64,000 bases of DNA, from positions 92,498 to 156,497 of IMG/VR virus record IMGVR_UViG_3300037067_027602. One strand, given 5' to 3'. The position numbers and the translations under genes were made by a program. Of the stretch, positions 8,905 to 18,886 are shown in pieces. Numbering within the stretch: position 1 is the first letter of the stretch; every line of letters begins with the position of its first letter. This DNA is from a virus (taxonomy: Duplodnaviria > Caudoviricetes). The notes beneath the pieces were generated by a model. The model was not told the DNA's origin and made no database searches. It saw only the letters and a list, made by a program, of their open reading frames with translations.

Positions 8905-11900
8905 ACGCCCCGAGGCAGGGCCACTGGCTTGTTTGCGTCCTTAATGAAAGTATACGCCCTGTCGCACCCGATCAGGACCGCGCTATACCTGTCCTTCCTA
9001 TGTTTCTTGCTGGGGGAATCCCAGTGCATGTTGCCACGCTTCTCCGTCATGGTGACCACGATGTTCTGTATCTCCCTCACCGTCTGGGATATCTCCGCCA
9101 TGGCGGCCAGCATCTCGGCGGACTGGTCCTGCGGCCCGTCCAGCAGGTCCTCGAGGCATGGCATCTGCAGCATCCCGGTCTCCAGCATCAGCTTCATGTT
9201 GTGGTTGGCGTCGTACAGCCAGCCGTAGTCGGAGAACTCCACCAGCTCAAGTATCCTCCTGCCTTTCAATTTCCTGTGCTCGTCGAAATCCCTCTGGAGG
9301 ATTATCTCCTCCCCTTGGGGGGTGTTCTTCTCGTCGGCCAGGAGATCCCGCACCGGCTGCCCGCCGCCGCCCGAGTCCATCGCTATCTCGTCGATGTTGT
9401 AGGCCTTCAACAACGCCCTCATCTGCGCGTGGACGTAGGGGTATGGCTTCTTGTGGAAGCTGTGCATGGCCCGGAACCTGACCAGCCTCCGGTCGAGCAG
9501 CACCTGGAATATGGCCATGGTGAAATTATCGCTCATCCGGGCGGGGTCGGCCGCCAGGATATTGACGACACCCCTTCTCTTCGGGAGGTACAAGGCGCAC
9601 CCGAACTCCCGATGGGACATGGAGGAGTCCAGCAAGGCCCGACTAAAAAACCCTTCGGTGTCGGTGGGGAAGAAGGAGCAGTTCCTGACCGTGGCGTACG
9701 GCAGCGAATAGCTGTGGTCGCTCTCCACGGAAAAATTGTGGACCCATCCCTCGAAATCGAACACCGACGATTTGCGAACTGGAACAGCGGTCCATCCAGC
9801 GGGGTCCCTGAGCCACGCCACGCCGGATCTCGCCACGTCGACGGCCTCAATGTCTCCCGAGGGGGAGCAGAAATTGTGGGACGCCGTGAACACGGCCTCC
9901 GGCCAATCTCCGAATTTCAACGACACGGCCTTCCCCGCATACCATCTGGAAAAAATTTTCCCGACGTCCCCCCATCTTCCCATATGGGTGAACACGGCGT
10001 CGCCGGGGACCACCATCTCCACCGGCTTCTCCCCCGCCATGGTCGTCACCGGCACCCCCGCCGCCAGACAGTATTCCATGCGGAACTCATTGTCCGCCAT
10101 GTCCCTTCTCGCCTCATCGATGCTCTCGAGGTTCATGAACCCCTCGGGCATGCGGGTGTACTCAAGGGCGCATAGCGCCCGGTTCTCGTCCATCATGAAG
10201 TTGTATGGGATCTGCCCTCCGGGGACGAGGTCGGCGTTTAGCGGGAAGCCCCTAAGCTCCACGGAGTCCGGGTTTTTCTTGGCCGACTCCAAAATCGCCT
10301 CCATATAGTTCTGCACCTTCTTCCAGAGGTGGTTGAACTGGTAGTACGCCGTGGAGGTGTAGACGATCTTGTTGTCGTGGAGCTGGCGGATCTTGTCTAT
10401 TTTCCCGGCGGCCAGGAGCTTCTTCTGCTCGGCCATCCAGCGGACGGACTCCATCGGGTTCTTGAAGGTGGCCATCATGCCGCGGATCACCAAATTCAGG
10501 ATGTCCTCTGGTATCTGCGCCGTCTCGTCCCCCAGGATGCAGTGGTAGCGCGCCCCGCGGATCTTCGTGCCGTCGCCGATCGGCAGCGCCTCGATGAGCG
10601 ACGCCCGGCAGTTCGGAGCGGTCTTAAACCGCACCTGGCACATGTCCGTGCCCCTGGTGGGGGCTTTGTCCACGAACCCGCGGAACTCCTTGGATATGGC
10701 GTAGAGGTTCTCCACCTCCGCGAACACGAACTTCGACTGGCGGAAGCCGGGGGCCACGATGCCCACTTTGTCCCCGGGGAAGAACATCCCGCGGAGGACG
10801 GTGAACAGCCCGTCCAGGAACGTGTTGTGGGAGATGAACCCGTTGGCTATGAAAGTGTGGGTCCCCGGGACGCACAGGTCGTACGTGTCCTGCGGGGGGA
10901 GGACGCCGGTCTCGGTCACCATGTCGAAGAAAAGCCCTCTGGAGATATATTCCCGCAGCCGTTCCCTGGCCTTCCCCCCGGGGATCTCCGACGCATCCAG
11001 CTCCACCAGCAAATTGGCAGCGTCGGCAGGCCTCGCCAAATCATGGACGTTGCGCTTTTTCTTGTAGACGAACTGGGTCGTGCATATCCGTTTCCTCTTG
11101 CGGAGGGAGAGCTCGTTGGCGGCGTCCTCCATCAACATCCCATACCCCGGCGACCTCACCCGGGAGGCCATGAAGACCGAAGCCAGCCCTCCCTCCGGGA
11201 GCATCACCGGCAGGCCGCGGGTGGCGGCCGCCTCCCCCATGGGGACCAGGAAATCGCCGTTCTGCCTGCCGCTCGCCGACACCAGCACCCCAAGTGAGGC
11301 GAACATGGCGGACAGCATCTTCTCCTCGGACGCCGTCCTCACCCTGACCAGCCTGGGCTGGCATTGGCTGGCCTTCGACATCGGGCAGCCGCAGGCGTCC
11401 AGCTTGCCGCAAAGGAAAGCCTCGGCCACGGCGGTCCCCCCGGTGAGGATAGACCCTGACGGTGGGAACCAGCCGCCGTCCTCCTGGCGCACGCCGAACC
11501 TGGACAGGAACCCGTCCACGTCCCCCCCTAGCATGACGGAGTACCCTCTCGACATCTTCTTGACGGCGGGGAGCAGGCCGTTGCGGTCCGCTATCTCGGC
11601 TGCCATCACGGCGGCCCCGGGCCATCTGGCGAAATACGAGCGGTGCCGGAAGTTCGCCCTCCTCAGCCCGGCTGACATCATCCCCAGGAGGTACGCCTCC
11701 TCCGCCCCTGTGGACCCGTCGCCCTCGAAACGGTACGACCCGGACAGATCCATCACCATCACGTCCCCGGGCCTGATGGAGGACATCTCCGCCCATTCCA
11801 AGCTCCCTTTTTTGCCAAGGGTCCTGACCCGGTGCTTGGCGACGCCGTCGTCCACCATCCCGAGCGCGGTCCTGGCCCAATGCACCGGCTCCGGGGCGTT

Positions 11901-12221
11901 GCGGTAGGTGTGGGAGGAGCGTTCGCTGCCGCCCTCCCCCTCGACCATGGCCGACATCTCCCTGAATCCGTGCGGCGCCCCGCCGTGCAGCGCCCCCAGG
12001 GTGGCATACCCGCCGCCGGTGAGGACGACGGTGTCCGGAAGCTTGCATTTCCCCGCGCCGCGGTTGAATATGATGATGACGTTGTTCCTGATCCACATGG
12101 CTCGCAGGGCTAGTTTCTGGGGGGAGGCCAGCTCCACCCCCAATATGTCGCGGGCGGCCTCGCAGGGCTTGTCCTTATACTCTTTTATCAAATCTATCTG
12201 GGCGGCGTTCAAATCAGACAT
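8889..12221 (-). CDS. terL: Terminase large subunit interrupted by two inteins
   Basis: Walker A RGAGK|T split by an intein, IRGARYHCILGDE Walker B, YTSTA motif, nuclease ADPAR...D and KDRYSA. The spliced product is 572 aa. Confidence 0.9.
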   Translation of the reverse strand: MSDLNAAQIDLIKEYKDKPCEAARDILGVELASPQKLALRAMWIRNNVIIIFNRGAGKCKLPDTVVLTGGGYATLGALHGGAPHGFREMSAMVEGEGGSERSSHTYRNAPEPVHWARTALGMVDDGVAKHRVRTLGKKGSLEWAEMSSIRPGDVMVMDLSGSYRFEGDGSTGAEEAYLLGMMSAGLRRANFRHRSYFARWPGAAVMAAEIADRNGLLPAVKKMSRGYSVMLGGDVDGFLSRFGVRQEDGGWFPPSGSILTGGTAVAEAFLCGKLDACGCPMSKASQCQPRLVRVRTASEEKMLSAMFASLGVLVSASGRQNGDFLVPMGEAAATRGLPVMLPEGGLASVFMASRVRSPGYGMLMEDAANELSLRKRKRICTTQFVYKKKRNVHDLARPADAANLLVELDASEIPGGKARERLREYISRGLFFDMVTETGVLPPQDTYDLCVPGTHTFIANGFISHNTFLDGLFTVLRGMFFPGDKVGIVAPGFRQSKFVFAEVENLYAISKEFRGFVDKAPTRGTDMCQVRFKTAPNCRASLIEALPIGDGTKIRGARYHCILGDETAQIPEDILNLVIRGMMATFKNPMESVRWMAEQKKLLAAGKIDKIRQLHDNKIVYTSTAYYQFNHLWKKVQNYMEAILESAKKNPDSVELRGFPLNADLVPGGQIPYNFMMDENRALCALEYTRMPEGFMNLESIDEARRDMADNEFRMEYCLAAGVPVTTMAGEKPVEMVVPGDAVFTHMGRWGDVGKIFSRWYAGKAVSLKFGDWPEAVFTASHNFCSPSGDIEAVDVARSGVAWLRDPAGWTAVPVRKSSVFDFEGWVHNFSVESDHSYSLPYATVRNCSFFPTDTEGFFSRALLDSSMSHREFGCALYLPKRRGVVNILAADPARMSDNFTMAIFQVLLDRRLVRFRAMHSFHKKPYPYVHAQMRALLKAYNIDEIAMDSGGGGQPVRDLLADEKNTPQGEEIILQRDFDEHRKLKGRRILELVEFSDYGWLYDANHNMKLMLETGMLQMPCLEDLLDGPQDQSAEMLAAMAEISQTVREIQNIVVTMTEKRGNMHWDSPSKKHRKDRYSAVLIGCDRAYTFIKDANKPVALPRGVWIKR
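9681..10070 (-). mobile_element. Intein 2 (130 aa mini-intein)
   Basis: Begins EY|CLAAGVPV, block B FTASHNF, ends VHNFSVESDHSYSLPYATVRN|C. Confidence 0.85.
10824..12047 (-). mobile_element. Intein 1 (408 aa) with degenerate LAGLIDADG endonuclease
   Basis: Begins CKLPDT right after GAGK and ends TYDLCVPGTHTFIANGFISHN|T. Internal AYLLGMMSAG and AFLCGKLDACG helices. Confidence 0.9.
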
Positions 12222-12236
12222 TTCCTTTTTCCTCCG

Positions 12237-15200
12237 TTAAAACGCCAGCAACCCCGTCGGGGGGCCTGGCGGGGTGTTCACTAGAACCGTGGCGGTGGGG
12301 CTCCAGGGAGAGTCCTGGTTTCCGTCGGAGGCTTTGACCCTCCAAAAACGTTTCCCCGAAGACAGCGTCCCGGGAGGGACTGTGTAGCGGAAATCCTTTA
12401 TTCCGGACATGCTGACGATCTCCCCGTTGGACGGGTCGAAATCCGGCCTAGACGATATTTGCACGGTGTACGTGACAGCGTCGCCGTCGGCGTCCATCGA
12501 CTGCCCCCAGGAGAACACGGGGGAGGAGTCCCTTGACACCGTCGGCCTCGCCCCGAGGGAATCGGCCCCGTCCACCATCATGGGGGTGTACGGCATGGAC
12601 GGGACGTTGTTGCAGCGGGCGAGGAAATGCACCGGGGCGCTCCAGTTGACGCCGGCTTTGGCCGCCAGATGGAACCACCACTCCCCGCTCCTCTCCGCCT
12701 CGAACGACGCCTCCCTCCCCGCCATCTTGGTGAACGAGTCCGACGGCTGCGTCCCGGACGCCCCGTCGAAAGAGACGTAGTACCCGTCCACGGGGTTGAA
12801 TATCGTGGACGCCTCCGTCCACGAGAACTCCAGGCCGAACTCGCTTTGCCACACCCCCTCCTCGACGTTGGCGGACACCACCATCCCGAACGGGACGTCC
12901 CCCTCCACGTCCGCCCGCGCCGCGAAGGGGAGATATCCCTGGACGGACACGGACACGGAGGCGGCGGCCGGCCTCCCGAACTCGTCTATGAAACCGAAAT
13001 GCTCGGGGGTGTACACGGAGGCCAGGGACGGCAGCCCGCCGGCTCCGAGGGCCATGGGATGCACGAACCCGAGGAACGGGGCGTCCATCCCCGGGCATGG
13101 CCTGGTGGATCCGCCCATCCACGCGTCCAGGGGGATGGCCAGCCTAATCGACGCGTCCAACGGGGACGAACCGGACGACGGTATGCCGAACCTGGCCACC
13201 ATGGGGGAGGACGAGACTCCGTTCACCATCGCCGACGCCCGCATCTCGCCCCCGGGGAGGGATCTCACCATGGCGTCGAGCCCGGAATCGGACGGCGACG
13301 CCGGGACCACCCTTCCGAAAACCGCCCCTGACGAAGACGACCAAACGAACACCGACCCTCCGGGGTCGCCGTGGCCGACCACGTCCACGGATCCGTAGAA
13401 CCCGGCCTTGTCCTTCAACGGCAGCTTCACGGACGCCGGGATGTCCTCGTCCGTGGCCACGGAGAAAAAACTGGCCGTCTGGCTCCATGGCCCCGCCTCC
13501 CTGCCGTCCTGCGCCCTGACCCTCCACCTCCAGAGGCCAACCCCGTCCAACCTGCCGGAGCCTGGCAGGGAGTAAGACGCGACGCCCCCCACCGGGTTGG
13601 ACGCCACCCCCTGGAAAGACAGGCACCCGTCCGGGAACGACCCCTCCCTCGACACCTGCAGGTCGTACGAGACGACGTCCAGCTGGTCGTCGTCCACCGC
13701 CGCCCCCCATGAGAACGTCGGGGTGGACCCGCGCTGCGAGTCGGGGGATATATGCCCGTCCACCCTCATCGGGTACGACACCGCCCCCGGGGGCATGTTG
13801 CACCACACGGGGTAGACCGTCTCCGGCCCGAGGTTGCCTATGGTGTTGAACGCCCTGATATGGAAAAAATATTTCCCAGCGCCGTCGGCGGAGAAGGATA
13901 TCGCCCTCGACGACAGCTTCTCTCCCCCGCTGTCAACCATCGCCCCAGCGTCCATGTCCCAGGAGACGTAATATCCCGCCACCGGGTAGAACTCGTCATC
14001 AGGCTCATCCCACGAGAACTCCACCGAATAGGAGGTCTGCCACTCCCCCGACGGCACGGATCCGGACACCGGCACCGCTCCGGGGGCGTCCTCCACCGGG
14101 GACACCGAACCGGGGAGGGGCTGCCTTGACGGGACGAGGGTGGACGCCCCCAGCCCCCGGTAGGGCGGGACGTCCAGGCGCCCCGGGAAATCGCCGGACG
14201 CCGGGATGGAGGAATTCAGGCTCCCGCCCAAGGGGGACAACCCCTCGGCCGACACGGCCACCCTCCCCCTCATCACCCCCGCCACCGCCACGCTGGCGGC
14301 CATCCACGACCACGACGGGGAGGACACCACGGCCGACGCCAGCAGCCTCTGCTGGGAGTCGTCCACTGACAGCCCCCCGAAAAGGGAAGATTTCGAGGGG
14401 ATTTCGACGGACGATCCGAGCTCCCCGCAGAACTCCACGTTGGCCGACGCCCCCATCCCGGAGGCGTCGGGCAAGATCACCGCCGCCCGGCCGGGCAAAT
14501 TTTTACCCTGCTTTACCTCCAATTCCGCCGCCAGGGGTTCCGCCGCCACCACCGTCAACCCCCCGCCGATCCCGGAGACGGCCGGTACGTCCACCCTGCC
14601 GTCCACCGGGGCGCGCCCGGCGACGAACATCGACCCCGGCACCCTGGACGTCGACGGCGTGGACAGGGGCACGGACCCGCCGAGGTCGGCCGTCACCGCC
14701 GCTATCGAGAAAAACTGCGCCCCACTCCACTCTCCCCATTGTTTTCCGTCATAGGATCTCACCCTCCATTGCCATCCCCCCACGGACAGGTTGTCGTCCA
14801 CCTTCCAGGAGCTCATGCTGGAGTTGGTGGATTGGGGAATCCCTGACGCCTCCGCGGCCAAAACGTCCCATGACCCGGACGGCGACGCCTGGACGTGGTA
14901 TGTGAGCACGTCGTAGGGGTCGGCGTCGGCGGCGTTCGCCCACCACAGCTCCGGGCGGGTCGTCCCCACGACCCCGGACGACTGCGGCGACTCGGCGTAC
15001 ATCGGGGACAGCGGGACCCCGGGGGTTATGTTCGGCATCACCTTGTACGTCGCCTGCGGCCCCAGGTTGAGGTATGAGTTCCTGGCCCTGACATGGAAAT
15101 AAGCCTCACCCGACCATTCCCACTCCGCCCCCACATAGCGTTTGCTGGAATATATGTCCGACTCGGACACCACGTACACCGGGTCGTCGGTGATGGCGGA

Positions 15201-16379
15201 CAGGTATCCAGCGCCAACGGCTCCCTCCCCCCATCCGGACGGCTCCGTCCAGCTGAACAGGAACTCCGTGTGGGGGGACCATTCCCCGGATGGGACCACG
15301 ACCGCCCCGGACGGGGCCGTCACCCCGTCCCCGCCGTCCGACCATTCCTCGGGCAGCGGCGGGAACCCGGAGGGGCGGGCGTGGCACGACAACGACACCT
15401 CGGAAGGCAGATTCGGGAGGACTGGGACGGAGCCGGACACCCCGGACGCCATCCCCACCGTAACCACCGTCCTGCCGTCCAGGAGCTGCTCCGACACGTC
15501 GGGCACGAGAAACGAGCGCAAGGATCCCCATCCGTTGGCGAGGACGAAAGACGACGCTTTCACGGTCTGCCCGGAGTCGTCGGCGAACACCGAACCCCTG
15601 AAAGATGCGCCATAGGGGGCAGACACGTTGGTCGACGCCCCCAGCGGGGCGTCCTCCCCGTTCACCTTCGTGGATCCGGACAGCGACCCGTTCGACTCCA
15701 CCGCCGGGTAGACGACGGCCATGAAATCCCTAACCAGCCCGGGGATTGACAGCGACCCCGGCAGATCCTCAGCGAAGATCACCCTGGCCGACCCCGGGAG
15801 ATCCCTTTTCGCCGGGATAACCAGCGACCCAGGAAGGTCTCCGGCGCCCTCGACGAACAATTTCCCGGGAATGTTCCCCCTTCCGGGGGACGACACCGCC
15901 GCCATGGCCGGGAAATCGACGTTTATCGGCACGCCGGCCCTGCCAAAAAGGTCGCCATATCCCGGGATGGACGCCGACGCAGCCAGATCCCCCCAGGAAT
16001 TGGCCAGCGTCCACGCCGCCGCCCCCAGGTCGCCGGAGGAGGGGAGGCACGGGCGGAGGAATCCCCCGAGATCCCCGGACGCCGGGACGGAGGAAGCGAC
16101 CAAACCTTGTAAATTCCCCGTGGCCGGGACGAACAGCGCGGCCAAGGCGTCCTCCGACCCGCCCCATGGGACGAGGACGGACGACTGGATGGAACCGGAC
16201 GCGGGAAGGCAGATGTTGGACGAGGCGGGGAAACCGGTGTCCGACACCCCTATCACCATCACCCCGCCGCCGAGGAACCCCCCTCCTCCCGGGGTCAGAT
16301 CCCCTTCCAGGACGCGGACGTCGAGAAGCTCCGTCGCCCTGACGAAACCGCTTTCCGTTATCCTGATTGTCCTGGACAT
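12237..16379 (-). CDS. Large virion structural protein with three FN3/Ig-like modules
   Basis: Three copies of EW..EFSW...GYYVS...FHI.A...PM..DG..P.FSW..D.D...Y..Q.S...WRVRA.DG...WS, separated by Ser/Gly/Ala/Val-rich degenerate repeats. Confidence 0.75.
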   Translation of the reverse strand: MSRTIRITESGFVRATELLDVRVLEGDLTPGGGGFLGGGVMVIGVSDTGFPASSNICLPASGSIQSSVLVPWGGSEDALAALFVPATGNLQGLVASSVPASGDLGGFLRPCLPSSGDLGAAAWTLANSWGDLAASASIPGYGDLFGRAGVPINVDFPAMAAVSSPGRGNIPGKLFVEGAGDLPGSLVIPAKRDLPGSARVIFAEDLPGSLSIPGLVRDFMAVVYPAVESNGSLSGSTKVNGEDAPLGASTNVSAPYGASFRGSVFADDSGQTVKASSFVLANGWGSLRSFLVPDVSEQLLDGRTVVTVGMASGVSGSVPVLPNLPSEVSLSCHARPSGFPPLPEEWSDGGDGVTAPSGAVVVPSGEWSPHTEFLFSWTEPSGWGEGAVGAGYLSAITDDPVYVVSESDIYSSKRYVGAEWEWSGEAYFHVRARNSYLNLGPQATYKVMPNITPGVPLSPMYAESPQSSGVVGTTRPELWWANAADADPYDVLTYHVQASPSGSWDVLAAEASGIPQSTNSSMSSWKVDDNLSVGGWQWRVRSYDGKQWGEWSGAQFFSIAAVTADLGGSVPLSTPSTSRVPGSMFVAGRAPVDGRVDVPAVSGIGGGLTVVAAEPLAAELEVKQGKNLPGRAAVILPDASGMGASANVEFCGELGSSVEIPSKSSLFGGLSVDDSQQRLLASAVVSSPSWSWMAASVAVAGVMRGRVAVSAEGLSPLGGSLNSSIPASGDFPGRLDVPPYRGLGASTLVPSRQPLPGSVSPVEDAPGAVPVSGSVPSGEWQTSYSVEFSWDEPDDEFYPVAGYYVSWDMDAGAMVDSGGEKLSSRAISFSADGAGKYFFHIRAFNTIGNLGPETVYPVWCNMPPGAVSYPMRVDGHISPDSQRGSTPTFSWGAAVDDDQLDVVSYDLQVSREGSFPDGCLSFQGVASNPVGGVASYSLPGSGRLDGVGLWRWRVRAQDGREAGPWSQTASFFSVATDEDIPASVKLPLKDKAGFYGSVDVVGHGDPGGSVFVWSSSSGAVFGRVVPASPSDSGLDAMVRSLPGGEMRASAMVNGVSSSPMVARFGIPSSGSSPLDASIRLAIPLDAWMGGSTRPCPGMDAPFLGFVHPMALGAGGLPSLASVYTPEHFGFIDEFGRPAAASVSVSVQGYLPFAARADVEGDVPFGMVVSANVEEGVWQSEFGLEFSWTEASTIFNPVDGYYVSFDGASGTQPSDSFTKMAGREASFEAERSGEWWFHLAAKAGVNWSAPVHFLARCNNVPSMPYTPMMVDGADSLGARPTVSRDSSPVFSWGQSMDADGDAVTYTVQISSRPDFDPSNGEIVSMSGIKDFRYTVPPGTLSSGKRFWRVKASDGNQDSPWSPTATVLVNTPPGPPTGLLAF

Positions 16380-16442
16380 GGCCTGCCCGCCCTTTTTATC
16401 GCCGCCGGCGGAGGCCGCGGCGGCCGTGCGCCTGGGACGGGA

Positions 16443-16570
16443 TCATCCCGTCCGTTTGAAAAGCTCCAGGCTTGTCCCGACCCCGAACACGTTCCCCCCG
16501 GAGCCGTTCCGGACGATCTGCGTTATGTTGGACGCCGTGGCGTAGACCACGATCACCCCGGACGACGTCT
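16443..16570 (-). pseudogene. Orphan 3' gene half next to the IS607 right end
   Basis: Frame ETSSGVIVVYATASNITQIVRNGSGGNVFGVGTSLELFKRTG* has no start outside the IS; it joins in frame to 63411..63495. Confidence 0.5.
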
Positions 16571-16653
16571 CCCCTGGTTTACCAAACTTGGACAATCCTC
16601 CGTCCGCATTTGGAAGGTGGCCTTTCCGTCCACCTGATCTTGTTTTTTGGTTA

Positions 16654-17922
16654 TTAGAACTCGACGCCAACCCGACCAGTTATAGGGTTGGGCTCCCCGG
16701 ACGGAATCACGCCGTCCCTGCCGCGTGTGCCGCCGTGAGGCGGTGCCAGCGGCGAGGCTGTGAGCCTGGGTGGCTTCACCTTCAGGAAAACGTCCTGGAG
16801 GTACGACCAGGATTCCAGCGTCAAAGTCTCCTTACCGGATCTTCCTTCCAGGTTCACCGAAGGCACTTTGCGCTTGGCAATCTTGTCCGTGAAAGTCTTG
16901 CGCTCCTTGATCCCCATGCCGCGCCGGGCGATGACCAGCCCGGCGGCGGTGTGGCGGTTCAAAGAGTACATGGCTTTGTATTTGAGGTTGCCGAGGATGG
17001 AGGTGTACGCCGGGTTTACTTCCACCAGCGGCACGCCCTCCTTCTCCGACCGTGACCTCAAAGATTCCAAAAGCTTGTCGTGAACGAAGTTGGACTTCAT
17101 CCGGTTGAATTTCTTGCCCTTGTCCTTTTTCTTCTTGTCCTTGCCGAAATCCAAATCCTCAATGACCAGCGTCTTGCCGGAGGCCTTCGCCACCCCGACA
17201 ACCTCTTTCGCCATCATCCGGACATCGTAAATTCGTTTGCCGTTGGATGCGAACTGGAGCCGCTGCCCGAGCAGGTATTTGTGCTTGAACAAGTTCCCGT
17301 GGCCGTCCACCTCCACGACGGCGAGGCCGTCGGGGTTGCAGTCGACGCCGATCGCTCCAGGGACTGTGGGTTGTTTGGCCCTCGGCTCGACGTTCCAACC
17401 GATCTTCACCTCGAACTTGTCGTCTTTTCGGACGATTCGGACATCATAACAAGTCAAGTCTAGATTGACGAACTTCTTTGGGATAAACAATTTCCCCTCC
17501 AACCATAGGCCGCGGTCGGATGGATCGTTAACTAACAACCTACCACCGTCCACCCGGATGTTCGGGTTGCCGTTCTTGGACTTGTCACCCATGGAATAGA
17601 GCTGCGAGTTGCGTTTGGCGTTCCAATCTTCTTTGTCGAGGTTGCCGGAGACCATGGCTTCCCACAGCTTCCTCCCGCCGAACAAAGCGTTATCGAAGAC
17701 CATCCCGGACGCCAGGGAACAAGCGTCCGAGACGTATCGCTGGTTCAGCTCGGGGTAGTAGTTCTTCTTGACATGAAGTTTGACATCGTTGCCGATAAGG
17801 TTGTGCTTGTGGTAGGCTTGATAGGCGGAGCGCACAGCGGAGCACTGGAGCTTCATAAGATTCAGCAATCTAAGTTCCGTCGGCTGATCGAACCAAACGA
17901 CGCCGTGTGCTATTCTACGCAT
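16654..17922 (-). CDS. tnpB: TnpB-family RNA-guided nuclease-like protein
   Basis: RuvC-I IGVDCN, RuvC-II VIEDL, VNPAYTS, C-terminal NRHTAAGLVIARRG; no CxxC zinc finger. Start taken at MRRIAHG by comparison with the second copy. Confidence 0.85.
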   Translation of the reverse strand: MRRIAHGVVWFDQPTELRLLNLMKLQCSAVRSAYQAYHKHNLIGNDVKLHVKKNYYPELNQRYVSDACSLASGMVFDNALFGGRKLWEAMVSGNLDKEDWNAKRNSQLYSMGDKSKNGNPNIRVDGGRLLVNDPSDRGLWLEGKLFIPKKFVNLDLTCYDVRIVRKDDKFEVKIGWNVEPRAKQPTVPGAIGVDCNPDGLAVVEVDGHGNLFKHKYLLGQRLQFASNGKRIYDVRMMAKEVVGVAKASGKTLVIEDLDFGKDKKKKDKGKKFNRMKSNFVHDKLLESLRSRSEKEGVPLVEVNPAYTSILGNLKYKAMYSLNRHTAAGLVIARRGMGIKERKTFTDKIAKRKVPSVNLEGRSGKETLTLESWSYLQDVFLKVKPPRLTASPLAPPHGGTRGRDGVIPSGEPNPITGRVGVEF

Positions 17923-18520
17923 CTTTGCGCTTCCTTCCGCCACGTTTTCCATATAATCTACCACTATAAGACGCTACCAACGAGACAATGTCTTCCGCAA
18001 ACTCCTCTTCAAATTCTTTGTTTTCTTTTTGTTCCAGAACGACCACCTCAACACCGAAGTTTCGACAATAAATTTGAAATGTCTCAAAACCGAATCGGGT
18101 GAGACGATCCTTGAATTCGACGACGACTCGGACGACGTCTGGACGGGCTATGCGTTCAAGCAGGCGCTTGAACTGTTTCCTACCATCGTTCAACCCCGAC
18201 CCAATCTCTTTGAATAGCTCAACAGTCCAACCGCTTTTGGCGCAATGCTCCAGTACCCGCCCTACTTGCCGTTCCAAATTTTCGGCTTGTTTCTGAGTGC
18301 TGGTACGACAATAACAGCAACTTACCGTGCGGTCTTTATCAACTTTCCCCTGGATGCGTCGGACTTCGCTTAAAGGAACCCGTCTATGACCACCTTCAGT
18401 CCGTATGGTTTGTATTTGCCCGGAGGCGTCCCATCGACGGAGCGTCCGAACATCCACCCCAAGTTCTCTTGAGGCCTTCGACAAAGTCAAATGCTCCGTC
18501 GTAGTGTTTTTGAAACTCAT
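17915..18520 (-). CDS. tnpA: IS607 transposase (MerR-like HTH plus serine recombinase)
   Basis: ASRELGVDVRTLRRWD...RTEGGHRR HTH; YCRTSTQKQ..LERQ; EIGSGLN; DRLTRFGF; SYSGRLYGKR. Confidence 0.92.
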   Translation of the reverse strand: MSFKNTTTEHLTLSKASRELGVDVRTLRRWDASGQIQTIRTEGGHRRVPLSEVRRIQGKVDKDRTVSCCYCRTSTQKQAENLERQVGRVLEHCAKSGWTVELFKEIGSGLNDGRKQFKRLLERIARPDVVRVVVEFKDRLTRFGFETFQIYCRNFGVEVVVLEQKENKEFEEEFAEDIVSLVASYSGRLYGKRGGRKRKDA

Positions 18521-18612
18521 CTGGTGTCATTTCCTTTTCTAGAGTGGGAATGATCGGAAAAACGCTACCATCATCCAACTCAAACTCTTCTTTAGTAACC
18601 CTGACAATTTTC

Positions 18613-18641
18613 ATTATACACCACCTTTCTATCAAAGTCAA
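18613..18641 (-). promoter_or_regulatory. Sigma70-type promoter of the IS607 element
   Basis: TTGACT-N17-TATAAT on the minus strand. Confidence 0.7.
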
Positions 18642-18673
18642 GTAGGTTTGTCCAAAAATGTCCAGATTTTTAA

Positions 18674-18886
18674 CTAACAGCTAATCCTCCTTTTCTTGAA
18701 GTCCTCGACCACCTCGATCAAGGCGTCAACGGCGTCGCCGTAGAAGAAGATGTCGATGGAGTTGCCCTCCCCCTCCAGGGTGAGGACGTTGCATTCCGAC
18801 TCCCCGGGGTGCTTGGCAGGACTTTTGTCGAGCTTCGCCTCGACCGGCTTTTTGTGGAAGTGCATCATCACGCTTGTCATACTCAT
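18674..18886 (-). CDS. Small hypothetical protein with its 3' end supplied by the IS left end
   Basis: The last codons (ISC*) lie inside the IS end. Confidence 0.5.
   Translation of the reverse strand: MSMTSVMMHFHKKPVEAKLDKSPAKHPGESECNVLTLEGEGNSIDIFFYGDAVDALIEVVEDFKKRRISC

Larger units (their letters stand above)
16571..18687 (-). mobile_element. IS607-family insertion sequence (tnpA + tnpB)
   Basis: Serine recombinase plus TnpB, lower GC than the flanks, GG at both junctions, TGTCCA/TGGACA subterminal motifs (18649, 18659, 16589). The left end matches the second copy at ~63494. Confidence 0.85.

Noticed and set aside
18396-18641. Small ORF overlapping the start of tnpA
   Set aside because: Its ATG overlaps the -10 box of the IS promoter and it overlaps tnpA extensively; unsupported.
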